From NCBI GenBank assembly GCA_900539775.1, contig UQDL01000001.1, forward strand, positions 170,569-234,568: a DNA stretch of 64,000 nt. Direction: 5' to 3'. The stretch's first letter is position 1. The number at the start of each line of letters is the position of its first letter. Positions 19,488 through 29,118 of the stretch are shown one piece after another. The stretch comes from an uncultured Anaerotruncus sp. GTDB lineage: Bacteria > Bacillota > Clostridia > Oscillospirales > Acutalibacteraceae. Under the pieces are notes generated by a model. The model was not told the DNA's origin. It made no database searches and saw only the letters and a list, made by a program, of their open reading frames with translations. Both the position numbers and the translations under genes were made by a program.

Positions 19488-20546
19488 TTAAGATTCAACA
19501 CCGAAAAGCTTCTTTATATCTGCCGTGGCAACAGGCTTGATGAAGCTGCTGCCGATTTTTGAAAGCACAATAAAGTTTATACCGGCATCTGTGCTCTTTT
19601 TATCAAATGCCATTGCGGAAATAATATCCGAAAGGCTGTTTTCATCATCTGTTTTAAGATTGTATTTTTTCAGCACCGAGGCAATTTTGTCTGCCGTGCC
19701 GGGCTCTGTGATTCCGGCAGACTCGCCTGCTTTTGAAATCATAACCATGCCGATGCCTACCGCCTCGCCATGAGAAACGCCCGTAAAATTATGTAGTTTT
19801 TCTATTGCATGGCCTGCCGTGTGGCCGAAATTCAAAAGCGCCCTTTCACCGGCTTCTTTTTCGTCTCGCTCCACAACGCCTCTTTTAATATCCACACATT
19901 CATAAATAACATCTTCAATATATTCGTGAGCATCACGATTTTGAACGGCATCAAAAAGAGACGCCGATTTTATGCAGCCGTACTTTATAACCTCGCCCAT
20001 ACCGTCGCTGAAATAATGCGGCGGCAAAGTGGAGAGCACATCGGGATCTATGATAACCAATGCCGGCTGATGAAATGCGCCGCACAGATTTTTGCCCTGC
20101 GGCAAATCAACGGCGGTTTTTCCGCCAACCGAGGAATCCACCTGCGACAAAAGCGTGGTTGGAATTTGAATATACTTTATGCCCCTTAAATATACGGCTG
20201 CGGCAAAGCCTGCCATATCACCGCAAACACCGCCGCCGAGAGCAACAACCGCATCCTTCCTTTTCAGCTCGTTTTCCGCCAAAAATTCAACGATTTTTAT
20301 AAGCTGTGCCGTGTTTTTTGAGCTTTCACCCGCCTTAAAAACATATGTTACAACCTTAAAGCCGAGCGATTTAAGCTGATTTGCAACGCAATCCATATAA
20401 AGCGGAGCCACATTATCATCGCTTACCAAAGCAAGCGTTGCGGCCTGCGGAACTGCGGCTTTAACATATTCCGCACATTTTTGCAGCAGCCCTCTTTCAA
20501 TGAGGATATCATAACCCGTGCCGACATTTACCTTGATTTTTCGCAT
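19488..20546 (-). CDS. aroB: 3-dehydroquinate synthase
   Basis: VALGGGVCGDMAGFAAAVYLRGIKYIQIPTTLLSQVDSSVGGKTAVD and HGEAVGIGM motifs. Confidence 0.9.
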   Translation of the reverse strand: MRKIKVNVGTGYDILIERGLLQKCAEYVKAAVPQAATLALVSDDNVAPLYMDCVANQLKSLGFKVVTYVFKAGESSKNTAQLIKIVEFLAENELKRKDAVVALGGGVCGDMAGFAAAVYLRGIKYIQIPTTLLSQVDSSVGGKTAVDLPQGKNLCGAFHQPALVIIDPDVLSTLPPHYFSDGMGEVIKYGCIKSASLFDAVQNRDAHEYIEDVIYECVDIKRGVVERDEKEAGERALLNFGHTAGHAIEKLHNFTGVSHGEAVGIGMVMISKAGESAGITEPGTADKIASVLKKYNLKTDDENSLSDIISAMAFDKKSTDAGINFIVLSKIGSSFIKPVATADIKKLFGVES

Positions 20547-21370
20547 CAGCCGATCTCCTCTTTAATTTTATTTGCGCTTGCCATAAGCGATTCAAGCTCT
20601 GCCGAATCCTCTTTATCAATGGCCGCTCTGAATTTTTCAAGATTTTGAACAAGATCGTCTATTTCACGAATAAGCGGTTCTTTATTGGCAATGAAGAGTT
20701 CACTCCACATTTCGCCGTTTATTCTTGCAACACGAGAAACATCACGATAAGAGCCTGCCGAAAAGCCCGTGTGCATCGGTGCAAGCGGGCTGAGCACATA
20801 AGAGCAGGCAAGCACATGCGCAATTTGCGAAGTAAACGCAATCATTTCATCATGGTGCTCCGGCGTTGTTACAACCGTGCGGGCAAAGCCCATTTCACGG
20901 GCCAGCTCCGTTAAAGTATCTGTTTTTGACTTAGGCGCATTTGTGGGGGTGCAGATAAACGATGCATTGTCAAACAAGGTGGCAAGGCTGTTTTCATAGC
21001 CTGAAACCTCTCTGCCCGCCATGGGATGAGCGCCGATAAAGCTGAAGTTGAATTCTTCTTTTTCAAGAGTACGGCATATTTTTGTTTTAATTCCGCAACT
21101 GTCTGTTACAATACTGCCCGGCTTAAAAAGCGATTTATGCTCTTCTATAAAAGGAACAATCGCATCCGGATAGAAATTTACAAAGGTGATATCTGCCTTT
21201 GGGATAAGCTCGGAAAGATCGCCGATTTCATCAACGGCGCCGTCCTCAAGCGCCTTTTCGGAAACGGATTGCGTTCTGTTCCAGCCCATTACATAATGAT
21301 TTGTGTTTTTCTTAATGGTTTTGGCCAAGCTTGCGCCTATAAGCCCCAACCCCGCAATAAGTATTTTCAT
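20546..21370 (-). CDS. tyrA: prephenate dehydrogenase
   Basis: MKILIAGLGLIGASLAKTI (NAD Rossmann fold). HPMAGRE motif. ATGA overlap with aroB. Confidence 0.85.
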   Translation of the reverse strand: MKILIAGLGLIGASLAKTIKKNTNHYVMGWNRTQSVSEKALEDGAVDEIGDLSELIPKADITFVNFYPDAIVPFIEEHKSLFKPGSIVTDSCGIKTKICRTLEKEEFNFSFIGAHPMAGREVSGYENSLATLFDNASFICTPTNAPKSKTDTLTELAREMGFARTVVTTPEHHDEMIAFTSQIAHVLACSYVLSPLAPMHTGFSAGSYRDVSRVARINGEMWSELFIANKEPLIREIDDLVQNLEKFRAAIDKEDSAELESLMASANKIKEEIG

Positions 21371-21478
21371 TTAAACCGCACTTTCATATTCAGAACACTA
21401 TATATTATATAATAATATATAAATTAGGATAAATCAAGAAATCTTAAAATAATTTATATTATCGCAATAAACGCAAAA

Positions 21479-22855
21479 TCACTTAACAAGGCGCACATTT
21501 TCAAGCCTTATATCTTCTGCCTGAGCCCTTGCCGCACTGCCTTCAAATCTGATAAGCTCCAGATTTTCAACATCCTTGGCATCAATTGCGCTTGCATATT
21601 CATCGCAAAGAGCACCCCAAGTGGTTTTTGTTTTCATAACGGTTATATCCTTGGCATTTCTTATAAAAAACGCCGAGTTTTCATATTTTTCAACGCCCCA
21701 ATCAAGGCACGGGCGCAAATCATAAGCACCGCAGGGCCATTTGCTTGTTTTGGTTAAGCAAATTCGGCAGTTTTCAAATGTTACATCCTCTATCGGATTT
21801 TCCGGGCTGCCGTGAATTAAAACACCGTTTTCGCCCTTTGCCGTGATATTGAAAAAGCGAATGTTTTTAACCTTGCCGCTTTTTGTGTTTTCATCTCTGT
21901 TGAAGCTTGTTATCGTTATCGGCTCTGCCGTTCCCCACCAATCCGGGCAAAAGCGGCGTGTTTCGATAACAATGTTTGAATAGGAAACATTTTCAACATT
22001 GCCGCCGTCTCTGATTTGAATGGAAAGGCCTCTGTTTGAACGGCTGATGGTGCAATTTGAAACAATGATGTTTTTGAAATCGCCGACTCCCTCCGTGCCG
22101 ATTTTTATTGCAGCGGAGGTGGACACAAGCGTGCAGCCATCTATAATAACATTTTCTGTTGGGCCGTATTCACTGTTTCCTTTTGAGGTTTTAAGGCAAA
22201 TGCAATCATCTGCGCAGGTTACATGGCACCCCAAAATGCGCACATTTGAGCAATGATCGGGGTCTATACCGTCGCTGTTTGCAACATCAAGATCATTTAA
22301 AATTCTGATTCTGTCTATAAGCACATCATCACAGCCTGCCGGATGAAGAGTCCAAAACGGGGCATCCTTAACCACAAAATCCTTAAAAGTGATATGATTG
22401 CTTTTTTCAATATAAATAACCGTTGGGCGGGGATAGAATTCACCCGTAACATAATATCTGTCTTTACGCTGCACAAAGGCGTGGCCGTTTGCATCAATAG
22501 TGCCTTCGCCGCTGATTGTGCAATTATCCGCCTCAAAGCCATAGATAAAAACAAAGCTCGGCTTGCCGGTTACAGGGTTGCCGATAAGTGCCGTTTTTGG
22601 GTCATTTATCAGCTTATTGGGGCGAATATAGCCATCTATATTAGAAGTGGCTTTAAGCACCGCACCCTTTTGAATGTGCAAATCAACATTGCTTTTAAGG
22701 CGCACCGAATCACTGTAAAACACAAAGCCGCTTTGCAGCACAACCGTGCCTCCGCCGCTTTTTGCGCAATCATCAATTGCGTGCTGAATTGCAAAGGCAT
22801 CATTTGTTTTGCCGTCTCCGGCGGCGCCGTATTGCAGCACATTATATTCTTTCAT
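21479..22855 (-). CDS. glycoside hydrolase family 28 (polygalacturonase-like, right-handed beta-helix)
   Basis: MKEYNVLQYGAAGDGKTNDAFAIQHAIDDCAKSGGGTVVLQSG (pectate_lyase_3-type N-terminus). Repeating beta-helix rungs with NSDGIDPDHCSNVRI...GCHVTCADDCICLK (GH28 catalytic Asp cluster). Start taken at the ATG with an upstream GGGGGA RBS rather than the ORF-track 22903. Confidence 0.75.
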   Translation of the reverse strand: MKEYNVLQYGAAGDGKTNDAFAIQHAIDDCAKSGGGTVVLQSGFVFYSDSVRLKSNVDLHIQKGAVLKATSNIDGYIRPNKLINDPKTALIGNPVTGKPSFVFIYGFEADNCTISGEGTIDANGHAFVQRKDRYYVTGEFYPRPTVIYIEKSNHITFKDFVVKDAPFWTLHPAGCDDVLIDRIRILNDLDVANSDGIDPDHCSNVRILGCHVTCADDCICLKTSKGNSEYGPTENVIIDGCTLVSTSAAIKIGTEGVGDFKNIIVSNCTISRSNRGLSIQIRDGGNVENVSYSNIVIETRRFCPDWWGTAEPITITSFNRDENTKSGKVKNIRFFNITAKGENGVLIHGSPENPIEDVTFENCRICLTKTSKWPCGAYDLRPCLDWGVEKYENSAFFIRNAKDITVMKTKTTWGALCDEYASAIDAKDVENLELIRFEGSAARAQAEDIRLENVRLVK

Positions 22856-22928
22856 ATTCGTTTCCCCCGTTTCTGCGCAAAAAAACGCCAAACTTTTTCG
22901 CATACAATAATATCACACCTTTTGGGGT

Positions 22929-22957
22929 TTGACAAGTAAAATAAGATATGATATTAT
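22929..22957 (+). promoter_or_regulatory. sigma-A-type promoter TTGACA-17-TATTAT for the FAD protein gene
   Basis: ttgaca agtaaaataagatatga tattat, about 95 nt upstream of ATG 23051. Confidence 0.5.
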
Positions 22958-23050
22958 ATAGCCGTAAGCAAAGCTGCCAGGTATTCCTCAGTTCAACGGA
23001 ATGCAAAGGCAGCTAATTTTATGCTTAAATATTTTTTAAATGGTGAAATT

Positions 23051-24433
23051 ATGAAAAAATATGATGTTGCAATAGTGGGCGCAGGCCCTGCCGGTATTTT
23101 TACCGCAATCGAAATGATAAAAAAAGGCAGCAAAAAAAGCATTATAATAATTGAAAAAGGCAAATCCGTTGAAAAAAGAAAATGCCCCAAGGCAATTACC
23201 GGCAAATGCATGAATTGCAAGCCCTATTGCCACATCACAACAGGATTTTCCGGAGCAGGTGCGTTTTCGGACGGTAAACTTTCACTTTCCTATGAGGTGG
23301 GCGGCAATTTGCCAGAGCTTATTGGCGAGGACTTGGCTCAGGAAACTATTGATTACACGGATAAGATTTACCTTGAATTCGGTGCAGACACTCATATTGA
23401 GGGAATCGGCAACACAGAAGAGGTTAAGGAGATCCGCAAGCGTGCAATTCAGGCAGGTCTTAAATTGGTTGACTGCCCGATCCGCCATTTAGGCACGGAA
23501 AAGGCACACGACCTTTATTTTGACATTGAAAAATATTTGATTGCGCAGGGTGTTGATATTTTGTTTGACAGCCAATGCAGCGATTTGATTTTGAAAGACG
23601 AAAAATGCCTTGGTGTTCGCCTTGAAAACGGCGAGGAAATTTATGCGGCAGACACCGTTGTTGCCACAGGCAGAAGAGGCGCGGATTGGCTTGAAAAGCT
23701 TTGCGCAGACCACGGTATCGCCCATCAGCCCGGCACGGTAGACATAGGTGTTCGTGTTGAAGTGCGCAACGAAATTATTGAAAAAATCAACGATGTGCTT
23801 TATGAATCAAAGCTTGTTGGCTATCCGAAGCCGTTTAAAAACAAGGTGCGCACATTCTGCCAAAATCCCGGCGGCTTTGTGGCGCAGGAAAATTATGATA
23901 ACGACCTTGCCGTTGTTAACGGCCATTCATATAAAGAGCTTAAAAGCCAAAACACAAACCTGGCAATTTTATGCTCTCACAATTTTTCGGTGCCGTTTAA
24001 TCAGCCGATTGCATATGCGCAAAAGGTTGGCGAGCTTACCAATATGCTTGGCGACGGCCATATTCTTGTGCAGCGCTTCGGTGATATTCTTGAGGGCAAA
24101 CGCACTTGGCAAAAGGAGCTTTCGCAAAGCAACCTGCGCCCCACTCTTCCCGATGCGGTTGCAGGAGACATCACGGCGGCAATGCCTTATCGTGCAATGA
24201 CCAACATCATCAACTTTATTCACGCAATGGACCATGTTGTGCCCGGCTTTGCGGGAGACGAAACCCTGCTTTACAGCCCTGAGCTGAAGTTTTATTCAAA
24301 CAGAGTTAAGATGGATACGGATTTCAACACAAACATTCAGGGATTGCATTGCCTTGGCGATTCAAGCGGATGGACAAGAGGCTTGATGATGGCTTCCGTT
24401 CACGGCGTTTTGATGGGCAGAAAGCTTGTTTAA
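23051..24433 (+). CDS. FAD-dependent protein, uncharacterised NAD(FAD)-utilising dehydrogenase family (COG2509-like)
   Basis: MKKYDVAIVGAGPAGIFTAIEM (dinucleotide-binding GxGxxG), C-terminal GDSSGWTRGLMMASVHG. The ORF track starts at 23021. ATG 23051 has GGTGA upstream. Confidence 0.7.
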   Translation: MKKYDVAIVGAGPAGIFTAIEMIKKGSKKSIIIIEKGKSVEKRKCPKAITGKCMNCKPYCHITTGFSGAGAFSDGKLSLSYEVGGNLPELIGEDLAQETIDYTDKIYLEFGADTHIEGIGNTEEVKEIRKRAIQAGLKLVDCPIRHLGTEKAHDLYFDIEKYLIAQGVDILFDSQCSDLILKDEKCLGVRLENGEEIYAADTVVATGRRGADWLEKLCADHGIAHQPGTVDIGVRVEVRNEIIEKINDVLYESKLVGYPKPFKNKVRTFCQNPGGFVAQENYDNDLAVVNGHSYKELKSQNTNLAILCSHNFSVPFNQPIAYAQKVGELTNMLGDGHILVQRFGDILEGKRTWQKELSQSNLRPTLPDAVAGDITAAMPYRAMTNIINFIHAMDHVVPGFAGDETLLYSPELKFYSNRVKMDTDFNTNIQGLHCLGDSSGWTRGLMMASVHGVLMGRKLV

Positions 24434-24783
24434 TAAAACAGAAAGTAAAATCAACTGAAATTTTTAAGCGGTCGGCGGTTTTCGCCGGCTGCTTTTTTAT
24501 TTCTATGCCGAAAACATGATTTAGGCGCATTTCAAAAACTTTTGATTGGTGAGCCAAAAGGCATATTTCAGGCAAAAGCACACATATTTATCTGCAACTG
24601 CCAAGTGCGCCGTTTTTAAATATAATTTGCATTCGTGCGGTGCAAATATTTTAAACCGTGCCGTGAACGGCTTGCCGAAAAAACAGCTTAATAAATTCCC
24701 GCAAAAAAAATAAAAGGAGGCGCTTGGGGCGCACTCCGCAAAAGAACGAGGTTTAAGCTTTTCGAGTTTTGCCGTTGCACAAT

Positions 24784-24825
24784 TAAAAAAATCTGCCAAC
24801 ACTTGCGTATTGGCAGATTTATGTT
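24784..24825. terminator. bidirectional terminator (atctgccaa / ttggcagat flanked by A-run and T-run)
   Basis: 9-bp stem in the ~600-nt non-coding stretch after the FAD protein gene. Confidence 0.55.
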
Positions 24826-25031
24826 AATGCACTGCGAACAAAATCATTTCGCTTAAATTGCTTTGCACTCAAAAATCAAAAAGGCCATAAAGGCACGGCA
24901 TAAATTACATGGCAGCCAACCGACTTCGCTGCAATTTTAACGCAGATTTTGCCGTTTATTTAGATTTATTGAGCAATTATTCTTTACGGAGTGCGCCGCT
25001 TTGCACAGCGACTCCTTTGCTTAATATTTTA

Positions 25032-25652
25032 TTATTTATTTGATTTGCCTTTAATCTCTTTTGGCTTTCTATTATAGCGCTTTCTGATTTTTTCTTTTTC
25101 TTCCTGCTCTTGCCTTTTGAAAGAAAGATAATAGAGCCAAACAAGAACAGCCACAACAACTGCTGCCAGAACACCTGCGCCTATTTCAAGGCCGGTTTTG
25201 ATTTTATTAACTTTTTGCAAAGCAGCAAAGGTAAAGCCCAAATCAACATGAACGGTGCCTTTATCTTCAGAATAAAAAGTGCCGTTTGAAATATATATTT
25301 TTTCGTGAGAAGTATCGCCGTTCGGATAATAATAATATTTCATTGAATTAAGCACATTGCTTGTTTCGGCATCATAAACAAAATCGGGGTTTTTTTCTGC
25401 ATAGAAAGTGATTCCCGTTACTTCATCCGTAAGCTTAGACGGCACAAACATATTGAAGAGCTTATACTGATTACTGTCTGTAGACATACAGGAAGCAACC
25501 ACTATAAGGGCAATTATTACAACAAAAATCACGGCAACAGCAATGACGCCGCCTTTATTTCTTTTTACCATATCTTTAAAAGACTGTTTTATGATTTGCT
25601 TATCAACAGAAGCGGTTTTTACCGCTTTTTTATTATTTGCCATTAGGCGCAT
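25032..25652 (-). CDS. hypothetical bitopic membrane protein (basic N-terminus, TM, ~120-aa extracytoplasmic domain, TM, Lys/Glu-rich C-terminus)
   Basis: Start chosen at MRLMANNKK, preceded by GGAAAGG. No family recognised. Confidence 0.5.
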   Translation of the reverse strand: MRLMANNKKAVKTASVDKQIIKQSFKDMVKRNKGGVIAVAVIFVVIIALIVVASCMSTDSNQYKLFNMFVPSKLTDEVTGITFYAEKNPDFVYDAETSNVLNSMKYYYYPNGDTSHEKIYISNGTFYSEDKGTVHVDLGFTFAALQKVNKIKTGLEIGAGVLAAVVVAVLVWLYYLSFKRQEQEEKEKIRKRYNRKPKEIKGKSNK

Positions 25653-26260
25653 TAACCTTTCCGGCTGCGAAATAAATAATGCAAGCCCTGCGCAGCCGTG
25701 CAGGAGCAAGGCGGCATTTGCCGCTTTTTTATTTTATCATAAACGCACTGCAAGGTCAAGCGGCACACAGCAAAATTCGGTGGCTGAAGAAGCGGTTTTG
25801 ATTTTATGCAATTGCTTTTCAAAACACGCAATTTTTTGCCGCCGAAGCGGAACAAACGGGCAACGAATGGAAGGCGGAAACAACATTTTTCTTTATGAAA
25901 TGCGCCCCCCTTGGCGCACACTTTATAAAAAATAAGCACTCAAAATAAGACAGGCAGCAAATTGCGTGTTGATTTGCCGTGCATACGGTAAGCCTGCTTG
26001 CAAATTATGCTTTATCATTTATCTTTTTTGATTTTTGAGAGCAAAGCAGTTTAAGCAAGCTGATTTGTTCGATGCGCATTAACAAAAGCCCTTAGCATTT
26101 GCGCATCAACCGGATTTTTTAATATTGCACCGGGCAAATCCGCAAAGCAAAATCAATTACTTATTATGCAGTGCGCCCAAATCAGAGCTTTTCTTTAGCG
26201 CGGCAGCGGCAGATTTGGGCAACAAAAAGCTTTTTAGCAAATGGTTTTCTGAAAAAGGGC

Positions 26261-26290
26261 ACAAAAAAAGAGGGCGCCGAAGCGCCCTCC
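26261..26290 (-). terminator. rho-independent terminator closing the minus-strand giant-protein operon (gagggcgc-cgaa-gcgccctc, T-run on minus strand)
   Basis: 8-bp GC stem, tetraloop, 7 A on plus (7 T in the minus transcript). Located 70 nt past the small peptide ORF. Confidence 0.75.
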
Positions 26291-26363
26291 CAAATCTTTC
26301 GATTTAATTTATATATTCCGAGGATATCGTTGCGGGATATCGGAAAATATGTTGCAGAAGCTA

Positions 26364-26463
26364 ATTAGAATTCAATGTAGCCTTCTTCTGTGGATGTTGT
26401 GATAACATCAACAGAGAGGAACTGTTCAACTTCTACAACGGGCTTTGTGTAAACTTCTTTCAT
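26364..26463 (-). CDS. 33-aa acidic peptide MKEVYTKPVVEVEQFLSVDVITTSTEEGYIEF, last cistron of the giant-protein operon
   Basis: Not in the ORF track (<60 aa). GGAGG RBS 8 nt upstream of ATG 26463. Lies between the 880-aa gene stop and the operon terminator. No Cys, net charge about -6. Confidence 0.4.
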
Positions 26464-26534
26464 TGTGAAAGACCTCCGTTTAATTTATGGATTCGGCAGA
26501 GCCTGAACCCTGCCGTAAACATTGCTTAAACTAA

Positions 26535-29105
26535 TTAAGCGCCGAGAGCAGCAGTTTGAGGTTCTGCGTAAATAACCTGTGTTACACCGGCTTTTTCAAC
26601 GATGATGTAAGCACGAGCCGTAACAGATGCAGCTGTTGTCTTAAGAGTAAGAGCGAACTGGCCGTCTGCTGCGGTGTTGCTGTTCTTGTAGAGGTAAGCA
26701 CCGTTGCCTACATTTTCAAGAACGAGAGTTGCAGAATCTGCAACATCCTTACCGAATACGAAACCGGATTCAAGAAGATTGTAATCCTCGGGAACTGAAC
26801 GTGTTGCAAGGAATCTTGCCTTGTTTGCAGCAAGCTTTTCAGCTGCAACTGCAGTTACAACAGGCTGAGCTGTTACAGCGCCTTCAACAAATTCAACATT
26901 AACATCAGCTGTTACGAAGAATGTGTATTCGCTGCCGTAAGCGGCATCCTTGCCGTTAATCTTCCATGTGCCTTCGTTAGCTGCCTTAACAGTTACCTTA
27001 GCATCATGAGAAACAGTTGCCGTTGTGCCCATATCCTGGCCGGCAACAGCAATTGTGCAGCCTTCCGGAGCTGTTACAGTGTAAGAAGCAGCCTCATCCT
27101 TAGAGTAAGAAGCAACTACTGTTGCAGCACCCTGGAGAGCCTTAACTGCATCAAGATCCATGCTCCAGCCCTTGAAGGTGAAGCCCTTATATTCATAAGG
27201 TGTGGGCATTGCATCAAGAGCAGCAACTTCAGTATTGCTCATCTTAGCAATAACATTGTTGAACTGGTCAACGAATGTTACGTTGAATGCCTTAGCCTCA
27301 TCTGCTGCGAATACAGGTGTGTAAGTTACATCTGCGAAAGCAGCAGTTGTGTAAGTTGCCTGGTTAGAAACGAGCTTGCCGTTTACTTCCCAACCAACAA
27401 ACTTAGCGTTTGCAGCAGGAGTTGCGGTGAGGGTGTATTCCTTCTCATAAGCAACCTTCTGAGCTGCGCCCGTTGTAGCCTCGCCGTTAAGAGTTGTTGT
27501 GCCCTTATCGGAAGCATTAACAGTGATCATAACGCCTGTTGCAGGGATAACCTGACCCTTTGCAACAACATCGCCGCAAGCTGCGCATACAGAATCGCCT
27601 GTGTAGCCGTCTTCGCCGCGAGTTGCTTCCTTAGCATTAACGCCTGTTTTGATTTCGCCAACATGGTTGGTCTTATCAATAGGAGTTTGCTGCTGAGCAA
27701 CGATTACAACATTACAATCTGCGCAGTGAGAACCTGCTGTTAAACCGGTTGCAACGCAAGTTGCAGCAACAGCATCGTCTGTTACGATATTTGTATGGTT
27801 GTTAGGATCAAGATCCTTATAATCTGTCTTTGTTTCACCGCAAACACAGCTGTAGTGAATTTCGCCCTTAACTGTGCAGGTTGAATCGGTTTCGCTTGTT
27901 ACAGTCCAAACATGAGCACTTGGATCTGCAGGAATTACCTCGCCGCCTGTGGTGTAGCCGCAAACAGAGCACTTTTGAACAGCTGTTTTACCAGGTGTTG
28001 TGTGAGTTGCGGGAACTGCAGCTTCGGTTTCTACCATTGTATCCGCGCAAGAAACGGTGTTTACTGTTTCGATTTCATCATAGGTTGTTGTGCCTTCAAC
28101 GAAATCCGGCCAAGAATAAGTCTTGGTGGTGTGTTTACCTGCTTTGTCAGATGTTGGTCCGACTGCCGGTGTGTTCTCCGGAGCTGTTGGTGTTTGACCG
28201 GCAGGAACAGTAACAGTTGTGCTCTTGCCGCCAACATAGTTGTAAGTATAAGTTACATCTGTTGAAGTTTCTTCAGGCTGAAGACCCCACTCGGGCATAA
28301 TGAACTGAGTTCTTGGAGAGGGACCTGTAACCATATCATTAAGTGAGTTATAAACAACAAGGTCCTTATCATCAGAGCCGGGAGTTGTGTTAATAAATGT
28401 ATCACCTGAATTTTGTTTAAGAGCAAGTGCCTGAGTTAAATCAACTTCATCTGTCTTCATTTGAAGGCCGAATACTGCAAGCATTTGACCCTTGAAAACT
28501 GAATCGGGATTTTCCGAATCTTGCTGATAAGAATTAGGCCAGGGCTCATGAGGAGTCTTGTTAAGAATAACAGCAAGAGTTTGCTTCATTGCGCAAATAT
28601 TGATACCGCTTGTATCAGAAGCATCAATATCAGTGTTTGAATCTGCCCATGTTGCAAGAACGCAAGACTTACCGGCAGCTTCGCCTGTTGTAAGCTTATC
28701 TCTTTTGCCTGAATAGTTTGCAGGTACAACATCATTGTCTGCAAGACCTTTCGGATAGCTCCAAATCATTGAAAGGCAGTCTGCAGTGTCAACATTTTCA
28801 ACTGTAACAACAAGTGCAAATGTGCCGTCTGCGGAAGCAAGGTCTGACTTTTTCAAATGTTTCAAATCATAAGTCGGAACTTCACCCGCACCATCATGAT
28901 TATCAAAGTAGTTATTTGAGTTGTAGCCCCAAGAATCGGTGCCGTCATAATCCACAACATATGTGTGAACTATTACGTCATCATCGTAACTGTATCTGCC
29001 GTCTGTATTATTCGGGTTCGGAAGTGCGAACGAGGTGAGAGGGAAGCTGAAAGCAACCATCAATACAGAAAGCAAAACAGCCAAAGCTTTTTTCAAGCTT
29101 TTCAT
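26535..29105 (-). CDS. secreted 856-aa protein with central Cys-rich segment and C-terminal Listeria-Bacteroides (Flg_new/InlB B-type) repeats
   Basis: GGAGG RBS and ATG at 29105 (MKSLKKALAVLLSVLMVAFSFPLTSFA, signal peptide). Cys-rich block CSVCGYTTGG...CVCGE...CADCN...CAACGD. Repeats YTLTATPAANAKFVGWEVNGK and YKGFTFKGWSMD. No dockerin or sorting signal. Confidence 0.65.
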   Translation of the reverse strand: MKSLKKALAVLLSVLMVAFSFPLTSFALPNPNNTDGRYSYDDDVIVHTYVVDYDGTDSWGYNSNNYFDNHDGAGEVPTYDLKHLKKSDLASADGTFALVVTVENVDTADCLSMIWSYPKGLADNDVVPANYSGKRDKLTTGEAAGKSCVLATWADSNTDIDASDTSGINICAMKQTLAVILNKTPHEPWPNSYQQDSENPDSVFKGQMLAVFGLQMKTDEVDLTQALALKQNSGDTFINTTPGSDDKDLVVYNSLNDMVTGPSPRTQFIMPEWGLQPEETSTDVTYTYNYVGGKSTTVTVPAGQTPTAPENTPAVGPTSDKAGKHTTKTYSWPDFVEGTTTYDEIETVNTVSCADTMVETEAAVPATHTTPGKTAVQKCSVCGYTTGGEVIPADPSAHVWTVTSETDSTCTVKGEIHYSCVCGETKTDYKDLDPNNHTNIVTDDAVAATCVATGLTAGSHCADCNVVIVAQQQTPIDKTNHVGEIKTGVNAKEATRGEDGYTGDSVCAACGDVVAKGQVIPATGVMITVNASDKGTTTLNGEATTGAAQKVAYEKEYTLTATPAANAKFVGWEVNGKLVSNQATYTTAAFADVTYTPVFAADEAKAFNVTFVDQFNNVIAKMSNTEVAALDAMPTPYEYKGFTFKGWSMDLDAVKALQGAATVVASYSKDEAASYTVTAPEGCTIAVAGQDMGTTATVSHDAKVTVKAANEGTWKINGKDAAYGSEYTFFVTADVNVEFVEGAVTAQPVVTAVAAEKLAANKARFLATRSVPEDYNLLESGFVFGKDVADSATLVLENVGNGAYLYKNSNTAADGQFALTLKTTAASVTARAYIIVEKAGVTQVIYAEPQTAALGA

Positions 29106-29118
29106 TGAATTACCTCCA

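Noticed and set aside
22343-22939. 198-aa plus-strand ORF
   Set aside because: It is antisense to the GH28 gene, which has clear family motifs. No RBS.
1345-24825. Shared CTGCCAAT...ATTGGCAG core in two terminators (1349-1374 and 24791-24818)
   Set aside because: This is an 8-9-bp match in two otherwise different hairpins. It is probably chance convergence of AT-flanked GC stems, not a repeat family.
24434-25031. About 600-nt non-coding stretch scanned for a small RNA, gene or CRISPR
   Set aside because: It has only a terminator hairpin and an RBS-like AAAAGGAGG that leads into a 10-codon frame. No repeats and no convincing structure, so nothing was called. It could still hold an sRNA, but that cannot be supported from sequence alone.
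27006-27743. 245-aa Cys-rich plus-strand ORF
   Set aside because: It is antisense to the 880-aa secreted protein gene. The Cys richness is a by-product of the GC/A-rich complementary strand (Ala/Thr codons).
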